Below are positions 49,081 to 60,266 of a stretch of DNA of 64,000 nt, piece after piece (position 1 is the first letter of the stretch; each line of letters opens with the position of its first letter). The notes beneath the pieces are model-generated. The model worked only from the letters and a program-made list of their open reading frames with translations. It was not told where the DNA came from and did not search any database. Source of the DNA: Macrostomum lignano (Eukaryota). The DNA lies in NCBI GenBank assembly GCA_002269645.1, contig NIVC01001178.1, positions 1-64,000 on the forward strand, in the 5' to 3' direction. A program made the position numbers and the translations under genes.

Positions 49081-52000
49081 CTATTTCTTCCTCATCTGCT
49101 GGCCCAGCTGCTTCACTCGATTGTCTTCCTCTTCGGTGGTCTCGTGCGCGTGCTGCACCAGCATCTCGCTGCCGCGGGTGACGCCCCAGTTGTCCGGCCT
49201 GCTCATGGCGGCCGAGTATGGCCGACCGCTGGCCGGGTTCAGGTTCTCCCAGTAGTCCCGGCCAGACCGGGCTCGAATCCACGGTTTAGTGCTCATTTTC
49301 ATTCCGCCGCCCCAGGCGATGTGCTTCTCGGAGCCGGCTGGGAATCGGCCTCTTTCGGCGGCGAGCTCCTCGGCGATGGCGCGGATGTGATAGGCCTCGA
49401 AGCCGCAGCAGCCGCCAATGTAGCGGACGCCAAGGTCGTAGGCAGCCCTGCCAGATTTAAAATATACCGATTTTACTACTTATTATACTACTGCTGATTC
49501 TAATATAGACTTGCGAAATCGCTTCTGTTGCACTGCATGCTGGTTTAAAACAATTGACAATTTTAATCCAACAATTTGAAGCTTCAAAAAGTATGAATTA
49601 GACTAATGGTGAATTGATTAGACTAATAGTGAATTGATTAGACTAATGGTGAATTGATTAGACTAATGGTGAATTAATTAGATTAATGGTGAATTGATTA
49701 GACTAATGGTGAATTTATTAGACTATTGGGGCATGGTTTAGACTAATAACGCATGAATTAGACTAATAAGGCGTGGATTAGACTAATAACGCATAAATTA
49801 GACTAATAAGGCATGGATTAGACTAATAAGGCATGGATTAGACTAATAAAGCATGGATTAGACTAATAAAGCATGGATTAGACTAATAAAGCATGTATTA
49901 GACTAATAAAGCATGGATTAGACTAATAAGGCATGGATTAGACTAATAAGGCATGGATTAGACTAATAAAGCATGGGTTAGACTAGTAAGGCATGGATTA
50001 GACTAATAAAGCATGGATTAGACTAATAAAGCATGGGTTAGACTAATAAAGCATGGATTAGACTAATAAAGCATGTATTAGACTAATAAAGCATGGATTA
50101 GACTAATAAGGCATGAATTAGACTAATAAGGCATGGATTAGACTAATAAAGCATGGGTTAGACTAATAAAGCATGGATTAGACTAATAAGGCATGGATTA
50201 GACTAATAAAGCATGGATTAGACTAATAAAGCATGGATTAGACTAATAAGGCATGGATTAGACTAATAAAGCATGGGTTAGACTAATAAAGCATGGATTA
50301 GACTAATAAGGCATGGATTAGACTAATAAGGCATGGATTAGACTAATAAGGCATGGATTAGACTAATAAAGCATGGATTAGACTAGTAAAGCATGTATTA
50401 GACTAATAAGGCATGAATTAGACTAATAAGGCATGGATTAGACTAATAAGGCATGGATTAGACTAATAAGGCATGGATTAGACTAATAAGGCATGGATTA
50501 GACTAACAAGGCATGGATTAGACTAATAAGGCATGGATTAGACTAATAAAGCATGGATTAGACTAATAAAGCATGTATTAGACTAATAAAGCATGGATTA
50601 GACTAATAAGGCATGGATTAGACTAATAAGGCATGAATTAGACTAATAAGGCATGGATTAGACTAATAAGGCATGGATTAGACCAAAGGACAATAAATGT
50701 AGATTCAACCTGTCTCACCTAGCGAAGCGGTGCATGTCCCAGCGGGTGCACAATCGACTCTCCATGGCCAAAGGAAACTCGGGCAGGTCGATGCAGCCCT
50801 GCTTCTCAGCATCCGGAGTCATATAGGCACGGGCTGGCACATCAGGTAGGCCTTGAGATTCTCGCGCTCCAAACCAGCCTTCATCAGCTTGATCGCTTCC
50901 AGGGTGACAAACGGATCGAAGTGGCAGTTGACGCCCACGAGTTTCGCACCAGCGCGAGCCATACGGACGGCGCAGTCGCCCGCGGAGTTGCCGTGCATGT
51001 CGCCTTGCGGTCCGATGCACATCGTGCAGGCCACGGGCAGCCCGGTCTCCAGCCCGACCTGCGGCGGGGGGGCGTTGTTGGTTGGCTAGATTAGCAATCC
51101 ATTATCACGTACTTTAATTTCCTGATTTGGCTAGATTAGCAATCCATCATCGTGTACTTTAATTTCCTGATTTGGCTAGATTAGCAATCCATCATCGTGT
51201 ACTTTAATTTCCTGATTTGGCTAGATTAGCAATCCATCATCGTGTACTTTAATTTCCTGATTTGCCTAGATTAGCAATCCATCGTGTACTTTTATTCCTT
51301 ATTTGGCTAAATTAGCTATATATCGTGTACTTTTATTTTCTGATTTGGCTAGATTAGCAATCCATCATCGTGTACTTTAATTTCCTGATTTGGCTAGATT
51401 AGCAATCCATCATCGTGTACTTTTATTCTCTGATTTGGCTAGATTAGCAATCCATCGTGTACTTTTATTTCTTATTTGGCTAAATTAGCTATATATCGTG
51501 TACTTTTATTTCTTATTTGGCTAAATTAGCTATATATCGTGTACTTTTATTTTCTGATTTGGCTAGATTAGCAATCCAATACAGCCTGCAATTTTATTAA
51601 TAATTTGGATCAGTTTGTGGATAATTTGAAAATGCTAGTCCATGGTCGAAACCAATGCCAAAAATGAGGTCTGTTCGAACTGTTTCGACCATAGACTAAC
51701 ATATTCTTTGCAATTTTTTTAACACCGAGTCGAGTATCTTACCTCAATGGCCCACTCTGCCTCCTCAACATGCTCAAAGTACTCGCACAGCACCAAGTCG
51801 GCTCCTTCGGCCTTGAAAGTCTGCATCTGGCCACGGAAGATGGCCTGGATTGAAGCTTTGTCACCGCCGCTCAGGTAGGTCGGAGTCTGGCACACTCCGC
51901 CTAGAAACAGGGCGTCACCTTCTTGAGCGACCTCACGAGCAATGCGACACGCGGCGGTGTTGATGGCGGTGCACTGAAATTCAAGGGGGGTTGACTATAT

Positions 52001-52941
52001 ATTAGCAATCCATTCTATGGGTTTGATAGATTAGCAATCCATTCTATGGGTTTGATAGATTAGCAATCCATTCTATAGGTTTGGCTATAGATTAGCAATC
52101 CATTCTATAGGTTTGCTAGATTAGCAATCCATTCTATAGGTTTGATAGATTAGCAATCCATTTTATAGGTTTGATAGATTAGCAATCCATTCTATAGGTT
52201 TGATAGATTAGCAATCCATTCTATAGGTTTGCTAGATTAGCAATCCATTCTATGGGTTTGATAGATTAGCAATCCATTCTATGGGTTTGATAGATTAGCA
52301 ATCCATTCTATGGGTTTGATAGATTAGCAATCCATTCTATAGGTTTGATAGATTAGCAATCCATTCTATAGGTTTGATAGATTAGCAATCCATTTGGGTC
52401 ACTTGGGTCACTTAATATAAGAAGGATCATACAGAATTTTCAGCGTTGTGAAATTTCGATCTTATGAATCCCCTCCCATCCATTTTATTAATATGAACGC
52501 CAGTTTGAGCTAAATTACTAACGATCTGAAAAAAGTTTTACAAACAGTTTAGTAGAAAGAGTCGAATCAAAAAGTGTGAGGCGAAATCAAAGAGCTGTTT
52601 TTGTATCTCTCCAGATGAAGCGTTAAAGCAGATTGCTCAAGCGTTCTCATGTGCTCAAACTCTAAGTCTCACCCCATACTTTTCCTGAGCCGTGTTGCCT
52701 CTATTGGAAAGCTTGTCCTCGCTGGCATAGTAAGTGAACGCCTGCATCACATCAGAGCCGGCTCTGAGAAACTCTCGATGCAGCTGCTTCACAGCTTCCG
52801 GGTATTCGACCACCGCTTCCGGTGTCCACGGCCCCGCCTTGACGTAGCCGCGCTTCTCCAGGGCGAACACGAAGCCGCCGTCTCCAATGACAACCTCGCC
52901 GTTGTCAAGCCGCTCCAGAATGCCGCGTCTTTTGTTTGACA

Positions 52942-52942
<1 letters not shown>
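49081..52942 (-). CDS. BHMT: BHMT copy 2; exons 52673-52942, 51743-51973, 50719-51058, 49081-49447; apparent 1-bp deletion near 50830 (pseudogene or sequencing error)
   Basis: Same BHMT motifs as copy 1. Exon total 1208 nt is one short of a multiple of 3. CAGCCCGTGCCTATATG here versus CAGCCGTTGGCCTACATG in copy 1. Confidence 0.85.
49595..50685. repeat. 20-bp minisatellite GCATGGATTAGACTAATAA(G/A)
   Basis: Fills BHMT2 intron 3. Confidence 0.95.
51080..51580. repeat. About 45-bp minisatellite TTTGGCTAGATTAGCAATCCATCATCGTGTACTTTAATTTCCTGA
   Basis: Fills most of BHMT2 intron 2. Confidence 0.9.
52000..52395. repeat. 29-bp minisatellite GTTTGATAGATTAGCAATCCATTCTATAG
   Basis: BHMT2 intron 1. Shares the core AGATTAGCAATCCAT with the intron 2 repeat. 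Confidence 0.92.
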
Positions 52943-52985
<43 letters not shown>

Positions 52986-52986
52986 G

Positions 52987-53049
<63 letters not shown>

Positions 53050-53050
53050 G

Positions 53051-53149
<99 letters not shown>

Positions 53150-53170
53150 GTGTCTGTCTGTGTGTCTGTG

Positions 53171-53259
<89 letters not shown>

Positions 53260-53272
53260 GCCTGTCTGTCTG
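52943..53272. repeat. (TGTC)n / (GACA)n microsatellite abutting the BHMT2 start codon
   Basis: On the minus strand it reads ...GACAGACA-ATG. Confidence 0.95.
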
Positions 53273-53976
53273 CTGATTTTCCGCACTATCAGTCGCAGCT
53301 GTTGCATATATATACCCACAGCTACTCCGTCCAAATGAAAACCAGTTCCAGCTGGTTTTACAATCAAACTTATCGATTCGAAACTTTTTCTTAAGTTGAC
53401 CCAAGAAGTCTGAGCATTGGAAAAGATTCGAGATTTCTGAGAGCAGCTTATCGTGAAACCTAGTAAACATGGCTTCCTACCCTCGTCAAACCCGCAATTC
53501 AGGTTCCACATTTCTCTAGTCCAAGGAGTTCCGAAATTTTGCATCGGAATCAAAATTAATTTTTTTCATTGAAAATAAAACAACTCTTTGTTTTAATAAG
53601 CTGTATTCAAACTCACTGTCTCTTTACATCGCGAGATTTTAAATTAATCAATCGAATTTTCAAATCTATTTCTGTAGATTAACATTCCAGATCTGTTAGT
53701 TAACGCAGTCCTTGTTCAGCTTTAGTCTAGATTGTAAAACAATTTTGTGACTTGGTCATTATCTGTGAGTAAGCTGCTAGGGGGTAAACTAGGGGGGGGG
53801 GTACGTATTAAACACCTGAGAAATTCTCACGCAGTTCCTCAGCTCACGCTTTCGATACGTTGCGCCACGAAACTCGCTTTGGCTCAGTTTGGGGCGTTCA
53901 CAGACAATTTCTGTGTTTGTGTTATATGAATTGAGGGCAGATTTAATGATACAGTAGTTGATAAAACTGCTTTCTG

Positions 53977-54975
53977 GGTGCTGAGGTCACTGGGTGCTGA
54001 GGACACTGGGTGCTGAAGTCACTGGGTGCTGAGGACACTGGGTGCTGAGGACACTGGGTGCTGAGGACACTGGGTGCTGAGGACACTGGGTGCTGAGGAC
54101 ACTGGGTGCTGAGGACACTGGGTGCTGAGGACACTGGGTGCTGAGGACACTGGGTGCTGAGGACACTGGGTGCTGAGGACACTGGGTGCTGAGGACACTG
54201 GGTGCTGAAGTCACTGGGTGCTGAGGACACTGGGTGCTGAGGACACTGGGTGCTGAGGACACTGGGTGCTGAGGACACTGAGTGCTGAGGACACTGGGTG
54301 CTGAGGACACTGGGTGCTGAGGACACTGGGTGCTGAAGTCACTGGGTGCTGAGGACACTGGGTGCTGAGGACACTGGGTGCTGAAGTCACTGGGTGCTGA
54401 GGACACTGGGTGCTGAAGTCACTGGGTGCTGAGGACACTGGGTGCTGAGGACACTGGGTGCTGAGGACACTGGGTGCTGAGGACACTGGGTGCTGAGGAC
54501 ACTGGGTGCTGAGGACACTGGGTGCTGAGGACACTGGGTGCTGAGGACACTGGATGCTGAGGACACTGGGTGCTGAGGACACTGGTTGCTGAGGACACTG
54601 GGTGCTGAGGACACTGGGTGCTGAGGACACTGGTTGCTGAGGTCACTGGGTGCTGAGGACACTGGGTGCTGAGGACACTGGGTGCTGAGGTCACTGGGTG
54701 CTGAGGACACTGGGTGCTGAGGACACTGGGTGCTGAGGACACTGGGTGCTGAGGACACTGGGTGCTGAGGACACTGGGTGCTGAGGACACTGGGTGCTGA
54801 GGTCACTGGCTGCTGAGGTCACTGGGTGCTGAGGTCACTGGCTGCTGAGGTCACTGGGTGCTGAGGTCACTGGGTGCTGAGGACACTGGGTGCTGAGGTC
54901 ACTGGGTGCTGAGGTCACTGGGTGCTGAGGACACTGGCTGCTGAGGACACTGGGTGCTGAGGTCACTGGTTGCTA
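53977..54975. repeat. 16-bp minisatellite GGGTGCTGAGGACACT
   Basis: Tandem array downstream of the extra BHMT exon 1. Confidence 0.95.
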
Positions 54976-55072
54976 AGGAGCTCCATTTTGAGGATATTCT
55001 GCAGCTGAAGATTTAAGGGGAAAGACAGAAAACCAAAATAATATCAAAAGCCACTATCAGCCACAAACTCAC

Positions 55073-55342
55073 CCCGAATTTCTGCGATGCAGTGTTGCCC
55101 CGGTTGGAAAGCTTGTCCTCGCTGGCATAGTAAGTGAACGCCTGCATCACATCAGAGCCGGCTCTGAGAAACTCGCGATGAAGCTGCTTCACAGCTTCTG
55201 GGTACTCGACCACCGCTTCCGGTGTCCACGGCCCCGCCTTGACGTAGCCGCGCTTCTCCAGGGCGAACACGAAGCCGCCGTCTCCAATGACAACGTCGCC
55301 ATTGTCGAGCCGCTCCATAATGCCTCCTCGTTTGTTCGACAT
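55073..55342 (-). CDS. BHMT: Third copy of BHMT coding exon 1 only (alternative first exon or truncated paralogue)
   Basis: [32 protein letters not shown]...SQKFG followed by an intact phase-0 donor GTGAGT. No further BHMT exons before 52942. Confidence 0.85.
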
Positions 55343-55483
55343 GGTAAATGATGAGGCTGGTGCTGGGACTCTCTGGTGGATTCTGAACTTTTCGAGTGGC
55401 GCGGATTGTTTGAAATCGGGCTATTTATATCCACTTACAGCCGAGTTTTGCGCCTGTCTCTCTCTCTCACCCCTCGGTCTCGG

Positions 55484-55501
55484 AACCGGTTTAAACCGGT
55501 T
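55484..55501. promoter_or_regulatory. 18-bp palindrome AACCGGTTTAAACCGGTT about 140 bp upstream of the extra BHMT exon 1
   Basis: Identical to 39353-39370. Confidence 0.55.
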
Positions 55502-55869
55502 CTGTTTAACTATTTTATTGACCGATAAAGTCAAACGCTCCTGACCTAGATAGGGCCACGTACCACCGACTCAGTTGGCCATGGAGATCTGCAAGAATTG
55601 ACAATATATGAGACTGCAACACAGCATCGATTGGTTAAATAAAGCTTGATTTTCAGCAAACCAATTGCTAGACTCAGACCTCCATGATGACTCTCTCTGG
55701 AGACTTTGACATGCCGCTAGACTTGCTGCAATATCTATGTTGTCAATGGAAAATACCTGGCGAGGTAACTCGCCGCTAAAAATGTAACTCAGGAAATGGA
55801 AAATTCTAAAAATTGCAACCGTAAACATAAAGGTCAAATCTTAGATTCCGTTCTTTAATAAGAAATAAT

Positions 55870-56060
55870 TAGCACCAGGGGCTTTAGCACCAGAGACTTT
55901 AGCACTAGGGGCGCCAGCACCAGGGACTTTAGCACCAGGGACTTTAGCACCAGGGGCTTTAGCACCAGGAGCGCTAGCACCAAGGACGCCAGCACCAGGG
56001 GCGCCAGCACCAGGGGCGCCAGCACCAGGGGCGCCAGCACCAGGGGCGCCAGCACCAGGG
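55870..56060. repeat. 15-bp minisatellite, GGGGCGCCAGCACCA family
   Basis: Short array of the dispersed family. Confidence 0.9.
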
Positions 56061-56576
56061 TTGCCATTGCTTAGTCCAGCCTATTATGGAAGTCAGCAGC
56101 CGCCACTGGAAAAAACAATGAAGAGGAGAGATGAGAGGGCAGAGGAACGCGGCTGAGGGAACGGGAGTGAGGGCTGCAGGACCGAGAAAGATAAAAGAGG
56201 GAAAAAGTGCATGAGGAAAGAAAACTTGGCGATAAAAGCGATGCCGGCTGCACCAATTTATAGGAAATCAGTTTGGTGAGAATTTCAGGCTATCAAGACA
56301 GTCAGCACACAGTATACTTCAAAAAGTACAACACTGGCATCAGAACGGTATCATGAAAATTTCATTTTTTAGTTCTAGTCTATCAGGTACTCAGCTGTTT
56401 TAGCACTCTGCCACAACTGCATTAAAGGGAATGGAATTTTAATGCATTACCTGTGACCAAAGTCCAAATTTTTATGTGCTCCTGTGCATGTATGCTCGTA
56501 TGATGATAACATCTCTCTCAAGCATCTTGACAAATGAGGGACTAGTAAAAGTATATGGCTTCCACTTCTGCTGGCC

Positions 56577-56912
56577 ATTCTGGTGCTGGCGCCCCTTGGT
56601 GCTGGCGCCCCTTGGTGCTGGCGCCCCTTGGTGCTAAAGCCCCTTGGTGCTGGCGCCCCTTGGTGCTGGCGCCCCTTGGTGCTAAAGCCCCTTGGTGCTG
56701 GCGCCCCTTGGTGCTGGCGCCCCTTGGTGCTGGCGCCCCTTGGTGCTGGCGCCCCTTGGTGCTGGCGCCCCTTGGTGCTAAAGCCCCTTGGTGCTAAAGC
56801 CCCTTGGTGCTAAAGCCCCTTGGTGCTAAAGCCCCTTGGTGCTAAAGCCCCTTGGTGCTAAAGCCCCTTGGTGCTAAAGCCCCTTGGTGCTGGCGCCCCT
56901 TGGTGCTAAAGC
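56577..56912. repeat. 16-bp minisatellite CCCTTGGTGCTGGCGC / CCCTTGGTGCTAAAGC
   Basis: Inverted, +1-bp variant of the 15-bp family. Confidence 0.92.
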
Positions 56913-57818
<906 letters not shown>

Positions 57819-58005
57819 GCAGCAATTGTGCACAACAACATCATAATCAGGAAGGTGCTAGATGAATGCAGCAAAAGTACAATGCAAGCTGACTAACTTT
57901 AATTAAAGTATCATTTTACGAAACAAAGAAAAGCAAGTAACTACGAGTATAGAGCGCAATAGTAAGATGGAGTCTTTGTTCGATGCCTGATAGTCTTTGT
58001 CTTAT

Positions 58006-58614
58006 TCACTGGTCACCCACGCTGGAGCCAAACAGCTGCCCGAAGACGCTGTCCCGGTCCTCTGTAAAGAAATAGTCGTTCATGCTGGCTATGTAGGATC
58101 GCCTGTCCAGGGTCTCCTCGAATTCATCGCAGAGCAGCTCGAACAGAGGCTCGGAGAACTCCAAGGGCACATTGAAAGCCAGCAGAAGAGTCTGAGCTTC
58201 ATCCAAAACCAAGCGATTGTCCCTATTCGAGTCGCAGGCGGTGAACATGTCAGACCAACAGGACAGCCAGTCTTTCCTCAATTGAGCCGCAGAGGCTTCG
58301 TCTTTGAGTTTGGCTTCAAATTCTGACACGAAAACTTCCGGAACAATTTTCCCGTCACGCTGCATCATGCCGAGCAATCTCGTCAGGGCGTCTTTGAACA
58401 GCGCCTTGCTCTCCTCACTCAGCTTGTCTCGCATGAACTTCAGCCAGCCGTTGAAGGTGGCCAAAATCTTCTCCTGATCGCTCTTTGTTCCATTGTGCGT
58501 CAGTTTCTTCACGAACTCGACACACTTGGCTTTCTGCAGCGGCCCGACAGCCGGCTTTGGAAGGCTGTTGAGTATGGAGTCAAAGTCTTGCTGCTGCGGC
58601 TTCTGGGCGTCCAT
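58006..58614 (-). CDS. EF-hand protein, sarcoplasmic calcium-binding protein (SCP/calexcitin)-like, 202 aa, intronless
   Basis: Canonical loop DSNRDNRLVLDE and degenerate loop RDGKIVPEVF. SCP-like C-terminus YFFTEDRDSVFGQLFG. Confidence 0.7.
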   Translation of the reverse strand: MDAQKPQQQDFDSILNSLPKPAVGPLQKAKCVEFVKKLTHNGTKSDQEKILATFNGWLKFMRDKLSEESKALFKDALTRLLGMMQRDGKIVPEVFVSEFEAKLKDEASAAQLRKDWLSCWSDMFTACDSNRDNRLVLDEAQTLLLAFNVPLEFSEPLFELLCDEFEETLDRRSYIASMNDYFFTEDRDSVFGQLFGSSVGDQ

Positions 58615-59341
58615 CTGCTTAGAATTGGCTCAGTCGCGGGTTTGGCGGTGAATTTTAGCAACTTGGCATCGCCGTTAACTGCAGAGCCTGTGTACTATAA
58701 GAACAGCATGACGGGGTTGCTGCACTGGGTTGGGCTGAAATGATCTACCCCCAGTTAATATGCTGCAGCCAACCATCAACCCTTTGCTTTCTCTCTCTCT
58801 CTCTCTCTCTCTCTGGGTGTCCCTCTTCTCTCCCTGACGCCTGAGACTCAACTGTACAGCAGGTGAGGCACAATACTAATAATCTGGACTTTATAATTTT
58901 ATCTAACTCAGAGTTGAACTCATGCGGCTACTGAGTTAATCTACATTGACGAAGATTTGTGTGAAAGAAAAGAATGAAAGATCAAATGCAACGTTCTGTC
59001 TCGTGTCAGGTCACTCAACCATCATCTGAACGAAGTGGACGAAAAGTTTTTCTTTTCTATCCATTCATTTTATTTTAAAAAGTCATTGAGTACATGAAGG
59101 GTAGAGGTAGGGGCTTTGAGTGCTGGCTGGTCCAAGGGGGTTGAGTCGTTGCCCCTAGCAACCAGATAGAGCGGATCGGTGAAGGGTGAGAGACAGCCCT
59201 GCGAACGCACTATGCCAACAATAGATAGACTCAGAGCTGTGACATGAGGCCTGAGAGACACTGTGGGGAGGGAGGCAAGAGACCGCACGGAGAAGACAAA
59301 CCCCAACCCCTTTTTACTCAGTCTGTACCCTCCCCCAAAAG

Positions 59342-60265
59342 GTGTACGTACACTTGCCTGTCAAATTGCAGAAAATTTGCAGAAAGACATTCATTTCTGG
59401 ACGAATGTTAAGAACTGTTATTGCTTTTTGCAAGGCGAAATTGGCGTTGATACCGATGTACACATCATGGAGAAAGTGGAAGAATTCTTCAGAGAAACAT
59501 CAGCATAGCGAAAGCAGCAATCAGTGCAGCACGCTGATCGTCCCTGCAACGGTGCCTCGATGGAGTTTCCCAGCCGAGCTCATTCAACAGCAGCCTGCAG
59601 TTTCTAAGGACTCTTCGACACCGAAATGCCGTCAAGTAAAGCCGGCTTGGCCAGATGCTGCGGCAGTTCAAAAACGTCTCGCTGACGGATTTGAACGTCT
59701 ACTGAACACCCTGCTGATGCTTTTGAAGCCAACATTACGCACCTGTGAGGCGCCTGCGGCGCTCACCCGAGACGATCTGCTGTCGGTTGCGGAGCTTTCG
59801 TCCACCCAACTCGGCCTGACGAGGATCCGACGACGTCAGCTGAGCCGCCTTGCCGACGAGCTGTGGACTCTCCTGGTGAGCCTCACTGACGTGTCGGACT
59901 TGGAGGCGTCGAAGAGACCGACTGCTCCACTGCCCATCACTGCTGCATCGTTGCGCTCCGGTCTGAGCAGACGAGTTCAAACCCGATTGGACTTTTTCAC
60001 TCTGCGACGAAGTCTGTTGCGTCTGGCCGCCGACCTGTTCACGCTGCTGTCCGAGCCAGGCGTGCCCGCGAATTGGCCGGCAAGGCTGCTTGAGGCTGTG
60101 CAGTTCTCGGAGTCGGCAAGCCCAGCCAGCGGTCTGCAGTTCGTCGAAGTTCGAACGGCTCTGGTCGATGCTTCTCGGTCAGAGGGAAACAGAGCGGGCA
60201 CTCAGTTTGATGGCAGGTGGCAACGGGACACCTGGATGAGACTGGTGCACGCTCAGTTCTTCTAA
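59342..60265 (+). CDS. Hypothetical protein (GC-rich helical ORF; true start probably at or after about 59450)
   Basis: Open frame of 307 codons. The part from about 59600 on has exon-like GC content and Leu/Arg/Ala-rich helices. No family recognised. Confidence 0.45.
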   Translation: MYVHLPVKLQKICRKTFISGRMLRTVIAFCKAKLALIPMYTSWRKWKNSSEKHQHSESSNQCSTLIVPATVPRWSFPAELIQQQPAVSKDSSTPKCRQVKPAWPDAAAVQKRLADGFERLLNTLLMLLKPTLRTCEAPAALTRDDLLSVAELSSTQLGLTRIRRRQLSRLADELWTLLVSLTDVSDLEASKRPTAPLPITAASLRSGLSRRVQTRLDFFTLRRSLLRLAADLFTLLSEPGVPANWPARLLEAVQFSESASPASGLQFVEVRTALVDASRSEGNRAGTQFDGRWQRDTWMRLVHAQFF

Positions 60266-60266
60266 T

